A DNA stretch of 57,250 nt, filler included, from Platydemus manokwari (taxonomy: Eukaryota): assembly GCA_037951405.1 (NCBI GenBank). It is 5 parts of 5 records of this genome, joined end to end, with 100 filler letters (N's around TTAATTAATTAA, not from the genome) between each part and the next. Parts side by side here need not be neighbours in the genome. Positions count along the whole stretch, not along the records: positions 27,942 to 37,287 come from JBBMOY011261096.1; positions 37,388 to 47,731 come from JBBMOY011142882.1; 3 more parts are not named here. One strand, written 5' to 3'. The notes under the pieces were generated by a model that did no database searches, was not told the origin of the DNA, and saw only the letters and a list, made by a program, of their open reading frames with translations. This document shows, one piece after another, positions 28,014 through 42,000 of the stretch; positions within the stretch are counted from its first letter, which is position 1; each line of letters opens with the position of its first letter. A program made the translations under genes and the position numbers.

Positions 28014-28044
<31 letters not shown>
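28014..28044. repeat. (TA)n microsatellite
   Basis: Uninterrupted TA run. Confidence 0.9.
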
Positions 28045-28048
<4 letters not shown>

Positions 28049-28318
28049 GTATGGAGTTTCAAGATTCTTTACCAAATATAGACGAAGATTAATGGGAAAA
28101 AAATCGATCAATAATTTCACTAAAAACTTGGAATTACAAGGCATCATCTTTAGTTTAATCTTCTACTTTATCGTAAGTATAAAATGATTTTAATGTATAT
28201 CATTTGGTCTATGGTATGAAACTGTCAATTTCAGAATAAACCATAGATTATTCTGAACGAGGATTTGTTTTAATACTTTTATCCATAAATAGTTCCAATC
28301 AAATAAGAAAAAACTCAC

Positions 28319-31300
28319 TCCTGCCATGTATTCCATAAATATGTACATTGCATGTTGATCTCGTTTAGCTCCAAAGTATTGCACAATTCTCTGATGACAC
28401 ATGAGACCCCTGTATATGTTTATTTCATTTTCCAAACACTCAGCATCTTTATTGATAGCTTCATTTGTATAATAGCTAACCGATGCTAACAGAACTTCCT
28501 TCATAGCAAACTCACGACCCGTTTGTGAGTCCAAACATTTGTAAACCTGTCCAAAACCACCGCGACCCAGAAGAGGACCTTTTTTGTAATCGGTCAAGGA
28601 CGGAGCTACAAAATAATAAAATATTGATTATTTAAAAAGAAATTAATTTCAATAATATTTTGGATAAATAATATCATAATTGCTTGTAATTGGTGTTAAA
28701 AGACATGCTGCAGTGTGGTCTGATATGATTGATCGCAAATAAGTGGTTCAGTATTACAACAAAGCTAGAACAAGCTGCTGTTGATAAAGCACTTGGTCGT
28801 AAAAATGATGTCAAGTCTATTGATTTCAAAGAATATATGAAGCAATTGTAATTAAGTGATGCTGATTCACCTAGGAGGTAGATTATCACATAAATAACAT
28901 ATAATGAATGAATGGTAAAATAGTGGCACCAAAAATCTATAACAAGATTTCTAAAGAATTAAATTTGTAAAAAAATCTCGGTGATTTTTTATTAGACATA
29001 CTAATTTCGATTAATGATGGTTTAATGGTTTCGAATCATTAAGGACACTTCAATATCTGAAATATTCCAAGAAAATCCATGCCGTGCTATTAAATATGTG
29101 CTGGGCCAATATTTAACTTGTAGAATGTGCAATTTTGCCATTGTTTTAGACACTGGATCTATAGTTGATAGAAATTTTAAACAAACATAAAAGCATTTGA
29201 CACAGGAAACAGGTGAATGTCAAGAACACATATATGTATGTACAATTCATATAATTTTATATAAAATGGTAAAAAAAAATTAAAATGATAAACTAATCTT
29301 TTTATAATGGACTGTAATTTTGATTTTATTGAATAATATCTGATTGATTTATGTTTTTGAGATAAAACTTTTGACAAAATCATAAAAATAATAATAAATT
29401 TATATGTTTCCAGTATAAAATTAATAAATTATTCTTGAAAAAATACCACAAATATGATATGATATTAGTGATTGGCAACACATTTATATATCAATTTTAT
29501 ATCAAATATCATCATCGATGTCATTGTGGCCTCGCTACATATGAGGACAATCATTTCAATTGTCAGATTGTTGCTTACAATCTCAGTCATTTCCATTGAC
29601 AACAGAAGAGAATTTCAGCTTGTCAGTTATTCAAAAATTATTATTCATCGATTTATTTTAAGTATACTTTTGCCAAATTTAACGTAGAGGTTTTCATAAA
29701 AGATTTTCATAAAATTACAAAATCAAAAAATCATATAGAAGTGTTGTGATAAGAATAGAAACTTGGTTAAAAATAACCCTTTGTCCCAATTTGATATTTT
29801 AAAAGTGAGCTATAAACCGAATAGCAAGAAATAATTAACAATCACAAAATGTTAAAAATATTATCAAAGAAAATAAAACTTATTCCAAAAGTTTATTGCT
29901 TATATCTTCATTACTTCATTTACTCCAAAGCCCAGGTACGGCAATATAAAATGAAAAAAAAGACAATACAAATATAAAATAAAGATTTAAAGTATTACTC
30001 CATATTTATGTGATGATGGATAACGCTGGATCAATCGTTTTTTATTTAACTTTATCAAGTTTCATTGAAGGCCGTTGGAAGGCCTTCCAAACTTTGGTTT
30101 TCAGATCATTATTGGAATTTTCGCAGTTGGTTAAGAAATTGTATTGAAGAAAAAACCAAACAAGATAAAGAAGAGCGGAGATAGTTGTGGAGGTCCTCAC
30201 AGAATTTTGATATTTTTTAAGCCCACATCAACTGCTTCTTGATTTCCAGGCACAGCCAAAACCTCAAGAATTGAATGGCTAAAAAGGATCCCAGAAACAA
30301 CGGGAGATGGAAGTTAGAAATTATTTAGTTTTGTTTTTTAATATTGAAAGAAACGGGTGTGATTTATAAATAAATAAATTTTAATGGAAGTAACTGATGT
30401 TTTTACTTTATATATTATGATTCAAGTCTTATTGCCTTGACAAAGCGAAAAATTGGTTTTTGACCAAAATAGCGTTTTTGACCATTGGAATCCTTATTTT
30501 AGCACTTTAGGCATTTGCTTGTCTACACAACCACACAGCCATAGCAACCTACCAATCACGGAAAACCTAAATGAAAATATATAATTAAAAAAATGGACAT
30601 AGCTACACTGCAGCACTCGCGCAGGAAATGTTACAAAAATCAATAAACCTAAGTGGTAACTGTAAAATAAAGTATGAAATGAAAACGTAATACACAAATT
30701 ACACACATAGCTCATGTATAAATATCGGTGTAAAGTTGCCTAGCAGCCTAGTTTTATGTCGTTATTTTATATTGATTTGTGTAGTTTTTGTCGAATTTAA
30801 GAGTCATTTGTGTTTCTTACTGATTGGTACGATTAAGTGAAATATAAATTCAACCTTCCAGTCTTTTGAATCTCAAGAATTTCAAAAATCAAATGTTCAT
30901 ATAATGTTTACAAATTTTTGTTTATTCATTTGGCACAAATTGATAATCAGAATGAATTAATCGGGACTGATAGGGATAATATTGAATTGGATTGAACTAC
31001 TATTAGTTGACAGTGATGATTGAAAGGCTTTGGTTGTGATTTTCAATACGAAAAAAGAGAAATAAAGATTCAAAAACTTATATAAATACGAAAAACAAAT
31101 TGACAAAAAAGCTCCTATTGTGAATATTATTTTGCTAGTCCTAGAATAGTTCATAAACCACTAAATGTTGACAACCGAGAACCAGAAATTATTCCAGTTG
31201 AGATCTTCCTCAAAACTAATTAGATAGCAGCTTATATATTTTAATCGATTTCTTCAGCCTTGTTCATCAATCAACTAAAGATTCTTACTTTAACAACCTG

Positions 31301-34300
31301 AGCTCAATTCAATTAAATATTCACATTTTAACGAAGATATAGACTGAATTTGAAGGAAAGACCTGAAGAAGATGAAGAATTATTTTTAAATGTATTATAA
31401 GGCAGTGGTATACAAAGAAGAGTAATTGGATTCATTGAATGGGTTAATAGATTTTAAATCCAGCACACACTTTTCAAGTTGGTTTGAAGAATATTTAAAG
31501 TTAAGAACCACTTTCAGTATTGGGACATGATAATTTTGTTTTCTAGAACTTCTGCAGCTTCAGCAACTTTTCAGAGGGTGATGAAAACATTATTTAGAAA
31601 TTGTATTTATAAAGACGTTCTTGTTTGTCTGGACAATATACTGGTGGAAGAACAGTTTATGAACATAATGAAAGACTTAGCCAAATTTTTGTGCTCATTA
31701 AGCTTTTGAAGATCAAGCCAGAAAATATTTTTTGTTCACAAAGAAAGTGTAGAAAACAACGATGAGAAGATGAAAGGAGCAATTAAATTAGGATGGATGC
31801 CGAAATTGAAATTGTTTATAGGATTGAGTAATTATGCTATAATCACTGCTCCCATGATGTCCAAGAAATGAAATAATTGAAAGGATCAAAGAATGTGATA
31901 AAAGTTTATAAAAGCTTAAGGAACAGTTGTCAACGGTACGGATTCTAGATATTCCATATCCTAAGAAAGAGATGACATTGGATACCAATGCAAGCTGTGG
32001 AGCCATTAAAGTTATTTTAAGTCAAATTGATAGAAAAGGAAAAGGGATATTAGTTCTACGAAAAAGGCTGTTATGTGACGAGAAACGAAGGCTTGGAAAA
32101 TGTGAAAATTTATTTGGTGATATCGAAAGTATTTAATAAAATATTTAATTTTTAATAAAAGTTCTTACTCTGTAATGATTTCAAGTTTTTATGCATAATT
32201 TTCATCATTTGCAGTAAAAATTTTTAATTAAGAACTCCGGTAAATAATCTATTTTACTATTTTGACAAAATATACTTTAAGGTTGAAGTTCTTAATTCGT
32301 TATAGATGCATATTAAACGAAATAATTGGTAGCTAATAGAAATGGAATTAAAGCAATCGGAAATTAAAACCCAACGATGTTCTATGGTATGAATCAATTC
32401 ATTGTTCTTCTCTATATATAGTTTCTCTTAAACATACTGTCTAAATCATATATATAAATCTACTAAAAACGCTGCACGAATTTTCGGTTCATTTTCATAT
32501 ATTGAGGAGGATCCATTTTACAGAACTTCTAAATTCCATAGCAAGGCAGTTGATATCATGGATAAAAATAATTTATAATTTTCTATGTCATCATCAGAAT
32601 CTCCGATAATCCCATCAATTGAAAATAATGCAATGTTCCGTTTATAATTCAAGTACATACCTACACATTTCACGCACGTACAGTGGAATTAGAAAAAGAA
32701 AATTGGTCTAGACTGCCAAACACTGCAAGGTGAATATGAGAAGTATTGAAATCAATAATATATTATTTGATAACTTCAGAAGGTTTGGCGATTAATGATT
32801 TGTGCAAATACACATACGCATATATATGACAGTAATTCTCTATTTAAGTGAAACTACCTTTAATTACCCAATTAAAGTGTTGTTACCTTTTACGAAGAAA
32901 TAATCTATTAAACCGAGGCACATGAAACAACCGTAATGAACAAATGTTGACTTTGATGAGTTATTTAAATCATATTTTTATGAAAAATATTAATCGATTT
33001 ATTGACATCATCGAAAGTATAATCGGACGAAAACAAATCCAAAAAAGAAAATTACTCATCAGCAAAAATCATGATGAAAGATTGGAACAAAATTATGGAA
33101 TAAATCTTGTTCTATTCCATAAAATTGTTCTGTCATGGAACAACACTATCACCTAATATCGATATAATGATTATTGACCAATTTCAATTCATGTTCATGC
33201 AGACCAGTTGTAAAAGTAAATCTCTACACAAATCCATACAACATTAAACATTTTTAAACTGTCCAATAAAATATCGCTAATATGTGAACGCAAGGCTGAC
33301 AACTACTCGAATTGATGCAAACCAACACAAAATCAACACTGGTTGATTTAAGCCAAATTTACAATGATAAAGTCCACCTGTCTCGCCGCTTTTATTGAAT
33401 GGAAACAACGGCAAACTAGACGATTGTTGTAGGATAGTAACGGTAACCAGGCTAGGCAGACAGATCATAGTAAACTGATCGGTGGCAAGATACAACAACA
33501 CCAATATGTTATTTGGCGTATTTTCTAAGGTAATGTATAAAATTATGAAAGCCATACACACACATACCCATATCAGCACGATAATTTCTATTGTATGCGC
33601 ACTCAAAATTTTCTCTCCTTTCTCTGTCTTATCGATATGCGAAAAAATTACTCATAAACAATCCACGCATTTGCCATAGTCCAAATCCAAGTTAACACAT
33701 TCGGCATGACATGCAAGCGACTACATAATCTTACCGCCACATAAACCACCATTGTGTGTATGCCTGGTTGTGTGCGTGCCCTATATTTATGTCAATCGTG
33801 CCAACACAGATATAAGGACAAAAATTATAAAAAAATAATGTCAACGAAAACTCGATCTCTCCATAACTACTCTTTGGTCAATTTCGTTAACGATTTTTAT
33901 AGCAACCACAACTGTTTTGATATTATCTCGCTTCTCAATAGAAACAAAAAATCAATAAAGAGAAAAGTCAAACCAATATCAATAATATTTTTTTATCAAA
34001 AAAAATCAATAAAATCACTTGTTTACATGATTATTTACAGAGATTAATTTGATTATCACACAGCATGATCAATATTTGACTAAAGAGATTGATTATATAT
34101 TTATAAGAGATTTTTTGAATCACTCAGTCAAACAAACGATCACGAACAAACAGCTGATTTTGCATCGGTTTTATCACAGTTTTTGTTTAACCCTGAACTG
34201 GTTTGATCTGGGTTCGATAAGCAAGTCATATTTTGAGATCCAATATTACTATTAGTCATTGCATGATTCGTATTTTGTTCATTTGAAATGATTGATGAAG

Positions 34301-36997
34301 ATTGCTCTTCACTAACAATGCTGCCTTCGCATTCAGAAAATGGATTGTTATCTATTATTGAGACTGGAGCAGTATGGTTGCCAGTAGTGAGTTGACCTTG
34401 GCGTTCATCGATGATTGGAGAATCGGATAACAGGTGCCGCTGCCGCTGCTGCTGCATAGAGGGAGATGAGACTTGAGGCAATGCATACAGGTTTCTATTA
34501 TGCGGATGAAAGCAGCTGTTACGATGCTGCATTGATGGGGGACAGTAGGATTGTGGTGCGGAGTGTTGTGATGGCAACATTTGGTGGCTGTAAGCGGCTT
34601 GATATGGCGGTGGTGGTGCTATGGATAAGAGACAATGTCACTAACAGTAATACTCGAGACAAACTCGCTGCTCAGTCAGAGCGAGATATATGGGAAGCGC
34701 GCTGTAATATCTTATGAAGCAGCGACATAAAAGAATTAAATGGTCAGTGTTGTGTCTGATGATCAATATCAGTTTACAATCATCAAATGCGTTCGTTAAA
34801 ATCAAAAAATCACGTCTGAACCAATGATAAGATATATCAGAAATTATACGAAACCGATTACAGAATCATGGATACTTATCACCTCATTTGATTATTGATT
34901 TTTTTTCGGAAAAAATTCTACAGAATTATTATTATCCATGCAAATTATTAATATTGTTTGCTACTTTTCCTTTATATTCTCAATTGGTTTTAGCGATTTC
35001 TTAATTTTCTTTTACAAAAATTCATTCGATATTTTATAAGTTTATTTATCAACACATTGAAAACAATTGATAGAGTTGTTATAAAACAATCGATATTATA
35101 ATAATAATAATTATTATTATTAATAAATATTAAAAGAAAGAACTCTGATGATTCTAAACGACGATAACAATATAAATAATATATATAATTATAAAAAACT
35201 TCATGAGAGATTGATTATTTGGAAAGAGTCGAAAATAAAGTATTAATTAAGATATAAAAATAAAACAAATAATTTATCATAAATTATCATTTATTGAGCA
35301 AATATACACACGAAGCTTGTTAAGCATTGTCGAAAGAACGACTGCTAACAGAGCAAAAGCATCTCACTAGAATATATTTACGAAAAAGGAATCATTTTAT
35401 TAAATAAAACAAGTGTTATCTATTAGAGATATTCCTTTAGAATTTGAGCCGATTAACGGTGGTCCTATTTAATGAATGACACTGCATTTTATGAAAAATT
35501 AACACTATGTTATGGCTCGCAATTCATACAGTAAGATATTTGAGAGGTTTTAAAACATTGTTCACATTTTTGCAAATCTCTTGAGCAAGTCCATTATTAT
35601 ATGATAATCACATGTATAGCTCTACTATCGACATTAAGTTTGAAATGACTTTTATCCCTATGCGAGTGTTATAATATTGTATACATCATATATATCATAT
35701 ATGCTAGGTATTTGAATATATTGTCAGTGAGAAAATTTAGAAATTAAATATTAAGTGATGCCAATGAAAAGAGGTTCTGTGTGTATGTATGTATGTGTGT
35801 ATGTGTATGTATGCATAATCAATTGAAAACACTTTTTTCGATCAATAAATTATGATGGATGCAGCTCCTTTAAGTTCAAAGACGTTAATATCAACGAGAA
35901 TTCTACTTTATTATTATAAGCAAATTTTAATTACAATCCAAAAACTCATCATAAAATACACTGACTGTNNNNNNNNNNNNNNNNNNNNNNNNNNNNNNNN
36001 NNNNNNNNNNNNNNNNNNNNNNNNNNNNNNNNNNNNNNNNNNNNNNNNNNNNNNNNNNNNNNNNNNNNNNNNNNNNNNNNNNNNNNNNNNNNNNNNNTAA
36101 TGATATGAAAAAACAATATCATAATCGATAATAATAAATAATATTTATAATAATAAAATAATATAATATTTATGTGGATAAAATCAAATGTAATAAAATA
36201 TAACAACAATAATAAAAACGTATATTAATAATAATATTATAATAATATTTTTTATAACAAAATAATAATAATAATAATAATGCTGAAATAATAATAAGAA
36301 TATGATAATAGATTAATAAATTAAAGGTGATATCAATAACTAAATTACATTGGCTAATTATATGAGTCATTTAATAAATTTATATTTATATATATATATA
36401 TAATGTGAAATTATTTCGGAATAGTAGTGATATGATTAAGTTGAAAATCGCACGAGCCGTCATCATTATCTCTTCCGTGAATAACATTGACTGAAATGAG
36501 TTGTCTCAATTAATGATAGATACTGTAAAATTAATATCGCTCAATTAGAGGAATATATGAAACACAACACATGATCTCCATTGCATGAAATAACATATTA
36601 TTGTTAATAATATATTATATGTTCGGTTGATGAAAAGGTTCCAACAATGTACATGACGTTGCACAGTATCGAGGAGTAATTTTTTTCAATGATGTTAGAA
36701 ACGTCTAGACGTGATAAATGGTTCGTTAATTATTCCATTAATTGCTCAGTAATGAAGACAGTCGTTGAGGAAATTGCTAATAAATTAGTTTTTATTACCT
36801 CTCCGTCGGTAAACATTGGGATATTGACCGGTTTGTGTTATTGATTCGCTGATAAAATCAGATTCCACGGAATTTTGATAGACTTGATTCGAATTCAATG
36901 AACCGTTCAAGCACATTGGATAATTGGGCCGCTCATTCGATTGCAAATACACTCCATTGGCAATACGATTATGGTTGATCTGGTTACCGTTCAACAT
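28319..36997 (-). CDS. MAP kinase kinase kinase, MEKK2/3 (STE11) type, partial. Visible exons 36997-36799, 34618-34148, 28605-28319; catalytic C-lobe exons not found, probably in the gap at 27842-27941
   Basis: Exon 28605-28319 reads SLTDYKKGPLLGRGGFGQVYKCLDSQTGREFAMKEV...LENEINIY...HQRIVQYFG...IFMEYMAG|gtgagt (kinase subdomains I-V, MEKK2/3 style). The two upstream exons join through phase-1 GT-AG junctions. Confidence 0.8.
31527..32136 (+). mobile_element. Decayed Ty3/Gypsy pol (RT-RNase H) fragment in a MAP3K intron
   Basis: ASATFQRVMKTLF...VLVCLDNILV (degenerate APATFQR...YLDD) followed by LDTNASCGAIKVILSQ (TDAS...GAVLSQ RNase H motif). Confidence 0.85.
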
Positions 36998-37287
36998 CTA
37001 CAGATTCGAAATAAAAATTATCATCGTCGACAACAAAACACAAAAATTTATGATGGATTTAAAAATATTAATTAGGATACAGACGCAGCAAAAAAAATAA
37101 ATCAGAAGAAAAACTCTCCAAATAAGAATGTCGATTTCTATAAAAGACTTTTTTATTCGCGCTCATTATCATAATTATTCTTTATATTATATTATATATC
37201 GCAAAATTATTATCATTGATGAACTCAAAATAATGCTGACAATCATTGATTATCATTATTTATTATTAATAATATATCATTAATAAT

Positions 37288-37387
37288 NNNNNNNNNNNNN
37301 NNNNNNNNNNNNNNNNNNNNNNNNNNNNNNNTTAATTAATTAANNNNNNNNNNNNNNNNNNNNNNNNNNNNNNNNNNNNNNNNNNNN
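37288..37387. other. Scaffolding gap with TTAATTAATTAA linker
   Basis: 44 N + 12-mer + 44 N. Confidence 0.95.
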
Positions 37388-37914
37388 TAGTTAATTTTCT
37401 TAACACTCTTACACGTCTATCAGTTTCGTATTTCACACACACATGCATACAGATAATATTCCCTCATAAAATGGAGATCTCACTTTTCTTAAACTTCAAC
37501 GATATCATTTTATATTTTATATATGAATACTTTTCGTGGTAATTATTAATTTTTGAGGGCTATTGTTTCAATAATCACGTTCAAAGCACTATAAGTGTAT
37601 AAATCAAAATAAAAAGCTGATATGTAATACAGAAATTTTAAAATTTTTAACTACATTCATGTCGAATTGAGAAATAACAGCAATTGCAATGAATATTGCA
37701 TACAAAATATCATAGATGAGTATCACTATAAAATTAATTAACTGGATTAAATAATCTCTGATATTATTGAATATATACCGAGCGATTCATAAGTCTCCTT
37801 CTCGAAAACTAAAATAAAACAACAGTAAGAACAAACTTAATGTATTGAGTTACTTCAATGCATAACAAAACATAATATCAGTAAGAACATATAACGATAA
37901 ATGATAAGCAATTT

Positions 37915-38260
37915 CATAACCACTGTTCAAAATATTCACCATCTTGCTCCAAACAGATATTGTATCGTTTCCTGAAGCCTTAATAACATTTACGGATGGC
38001 TTCTTGATTGATGTTTTTTAATTCATGTGAAATTACTTCTTAAAGTTCGTTGAGCGTTGTATAAATGTTATGGATTGTATAAACTCGATCTTTGAAATAG
38101 CTCCATAACCAAATGTTCAATATCGTGAAGTATGAAGATCTTGATGGCCATTCCTTTGATCCTCTACGACCAATTCACCACTGTGGAAAATGTTTATCAG
38201 GCAATTGTCGTGTTGGGATACTGTAATGAGGCGGGGCACCATCGTGTTGATTGTCATTTC
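37915..38260 (-). mobile_element. Tc1/mariner transposase DDE-domain C-terminal remnant
   Basis: Minus-strand frame QHDGAPPHYS...HFPQW*IGRRGSKEWPSRSSYFTILNIWLWSYFKDRVY...TLNEL*EVI...GFRKRYNICLEQDGEYFEQWL matches the QQDGAPPH / WPPRSPDL / WGYLKDRVY motifs, with in-frame stops. Confidence 0.9.
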
Positions 38261-38494
38261 CAATGAAGGACGACATTCTCTTTTACAATTGATAGATGAA
38301 TTTGAACTCATCAGGAGAGTTTTTAATAATTATATCCACTGTCATCAAGATTATAAATAAATATATGGGTGCTTAGAATTTTTAAAGCCTGTCTCCATCA
38401 AATTCTCATTTGTTATCACATTATAAAATTATAATCTTTTCTTATCAATTATTTCTGAAATTATTATTTTTTTTTAAAAAATTCAATGTTTTAG

Positions 38495-39013
38495 TTACTC
38501 GATTGTCAACGGAATCGTACTGAGAAATCGCCTTCTGTTGATCTATCATCTTTTAAAGTAAGTCAAACTAAAAACCTTCATCTATCAGATATTCTAAAAC
38601 AAATCGGCATCAACACTCAAGTAATAAATTTGTAAACATTTCGAAAACAAATGTTGTGTTTAGAGTTCTGAATTGATTATCCAAATGGAAAAGATCAATT
38701 TCGATATGGTCAATGAAATAATGATGAAGATTCATGCTATTGATCAACTTGAAGTGCCTTATTTGATTAATTTACAGAATATCTTGACTAATTGTGATTC
38801 GGATCTGGTGAAGAAATTATTTGATTATGTGAGTTCGATATTGATATTTAATGAGGTTTCCATCATGTTTCGTTTGTTGATTGAATTGGATATTTGTGAG
38901 AGAGAGATATATGTTGATATGAAATCACAAAGCAATTACAACGAGTTCAAGCATTCAGGTGGTAAATGAAAGTGAATGTGATTGAAATATCTGCAGATTC
39001 GAGTCGTCCATGA
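38495..39013 (+). CDS. Small spliced gene, helical protein, possibly death-fold (CARD-like); 5' end not found. Proposed exons 38495-38620, 38664-38961, 38997-39013
   Basis: Open frame across a 43-nt GT-AG intron (38621-38663) and a possible 35-nt intron. The amphipathic pattern ELIIQMEKINFDMVNEIMMKIHAIDQLEVPYL...DSDLVKKLFDYVSS...IMFRLLIELD is loosely CARD-like. Confidence 0.5.
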
Positions 39014-42000
39014 ATTATTAAATTGACGGATTGGAGGCCCTCTCCGATATCGATGAGTAATCAACTGGTCTATTATTGGACCAGATGTTGGTATTGGTAA
39101 TTGTGTTCAGTAATTGAAAACGCATAATAATAATAATTCTGAAAAATAATAATAATTATTAAAATATATAATATGTAAGAGTAATTGATGTTAAAAACTT
39201 CGAATAAGTGCTCTAATAGAAATAAAAATAAATGCATTTGTGGATTTGGCAACATTAATTTCCATTTCTAAAGATTTCTCAGCGAAAATTTCGTGGAGCA
39301 TAAAAACTGAATTTCCGTTTTGATTATTTTCATCCCACTTACTGATTATAATCTAGACAAGATGAGTCTCAAATATTAGATAATGTGTCTCCTTTATTTT
39401 GATCTGAAATGTTTTGTAATAGCTAATTAAAGGTGCGTAATGAATCAGACTCATTAAATACAATTTTTTAAAAATCCCAATCCATTTTGGCTTTAAAAAG
39501 TAATATTGCACTGAAAATGATCAGTAAAAAATCGATAACCTTTGTATTTTAAATAAGTATAACAAATGATGAGAAGTCTCTATAAAATTACAAATAGGTT
39601 TGACAATAAATTGTTTGGATAAATATGAAAGGAATTCTGTACATAGGAGAGAAACTAATTATTGAATTTATCAATACAATATGCATATCCTAGCACGAAT
39701 AATAAATGTTATTATTCTAAAAATAAATGAAATACAATGAAGGAACAACCCAAAATGAAATTCAATTAGATAGGCAATTGCATTGTTTATTTATCTCGTT
39801 TATTTCAGCTACTTGTATGTGAACTTTATTGGATTTTATTTAGACGTCTTCTTTCATTATTGTTCATCATTAAATAAAGTTATTAAAAATTACTATTATT
39901 CCAAATATGATTGAAACAAATGAACTAAAATTGCTCGTAAAAAATACGTACCTGGAAATACATATAGACTCTGCGTGTAAAAATATTAACGTAATATCTA
40001 TGCAGAAAGTTGTATACTGAAATTAACACAATGATGAATTTAAATAGTTTGTTAACTTTCTATTATTAATGGAAATACTATTATTTCAAAATGAATGCCA
40101 ATCCTTGACCAAAAATTATGAAATGAATGCATTTTCTGCTGTATTATTAAATAAGAATTGAATACGAATTTAAGAAGTTCAACCCACAATATATTTTATC
40201 CAAATTTTCTAACTAATTATAAAAATATGTTTTTATCATTGATAATTTTAATATAATTATACATATTATTTAAAAATGTTCTGTCAAAATTATATGATAT
40301 GCACATTCTTAAAGCTTAGTTTAATCTTTGTTAGTAGCGGCTACTTCACTTGCACTTGAAGTCATTATTACGATTTTCTTAAATTTTATTTTAAATTATT
40401 TTGAAATTTTAAAATTATTATTATTTAATTTAAATTAATGCTCACAATCGTGTTACAGAATATATCAATTTTCCCATTAATATAATGTCTCCTATTAATA
40501 TTTTTGGTAGCCATTTTTCCCTGAAATTTTCTTTGAGAAAAAATGGTAATAAAATGATTCTGTCACCTTAAGAAGTGTCCTAATAAATTCATTTTATTGC
40601 CAATTCCGAATTTGTCTCAAAGAAAATTTTGTTAGAAAATTGGCGTTCAAAAAGTGCCCTCTTTTGAAATGCATTGGTGTGCAGAAAATAAAAATTGATA
40701 CATTTATCGAAAATCATTTTTAAATTTTACCAAAATCAAAGTAAACTGCCATTAGAAAGTTTTGTTACGATAATAATTATAGCAAAACACTAAAATAATT
40801 TATATCAAATAATTGTAGGAATTTTATTATTTTTCATTTAATTTTTACAGTAGATTCTAATATTAGAATAATTGGATAAATTGCTATTTTGGTTTCGACT
40901 TTTATTTCAATCCAAACCATTTTGAATTTTATGGAGGATTGAAAAATTATTAATATAATAATTAAGGTTTTCCATATGTGGGATTTTTTAGTCAATATTT
41001 ATAGAATTTCTTTGTTGAATCGATAATGATAAATTAAAGTATGGCTCCAAATTCTATCTTTTATAAATTACGGCCATTCCTGATGAGAGAAGAAAGATTT
41101 CCTGGAATTAGTTCAGTAGTAAAGAAAATTAATCAGTTCACAAATGGAAAACTGGGTCATCGCTAAAAAGATATTAAGATTATTTAATAAAAAGAATCAT
41201 CAAGAATGTTAAATTGTCAATGTTTTATGAAAATTTTTCCAAACTTTACTGTTGAATTATGGATTATATGAACATGTATTCTTTGTGATTCTCCCGATAA
41301 AGATAAATTATCTGAATATTAAAAGGCAATTATTGTGGTGTATAACAAAAATTTTGATATACCAGTTACGTTACTCCAATCCCAACACTAATTTTGAGTA
41401 TGTAATGTATTGATGTGTTTTGTCATATTGTTGAATATTTTTCCTGTGTTTATATCCTATATGTGTGAATAAAATTCGGAAATTAAGAATGATGATGTCG
41501 TGGAAGTTTTTTATTCCACATTAAATGAAACGTGTGCGTAATAACATCATGAAATTTATTGAAAAAATAATTGTATATCAGAGCATATTGAATGATTGAG
41601 AAAATAAAGTATAGAAGCACCGTATATGCAATTGAGATTAAGGTGTAATGATTTCAAGAATAAGAATGCCAGTGTTATGTTGGAAGCACAACAAACATAC
41701 AAAAAAAACCATGGAAAATTTGTAGAAATTACATGAGATATCTATGAAAATCTGAGTTTTGTGTCATGTTACACGTGCAGTGTATTTACAATTTAAGTGG
41801 GTATATTTTAATTGTTAAATAAACTTATTTAAAACTTCTATTTTGGTACCTTAATTTTTCTCTGCTGTTTAAAATTTGCGCTTTTGTTTAAAATAACTTT
41901 TGTGGGCTTAAGTTAAGAAAAAGGGTCCTCTGACCTATTCTCGAAATAATGAATTTTCGCGTATGAGATAATTTATAACTCAAATTTATATGTAACTGCT

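Noticed and set aside
38117-38311. 64-aa minus-strand ORF as a MAP3K upstream exon
   Set aside because: Another frame of the same strand is clearly a mariner transposase remnant.
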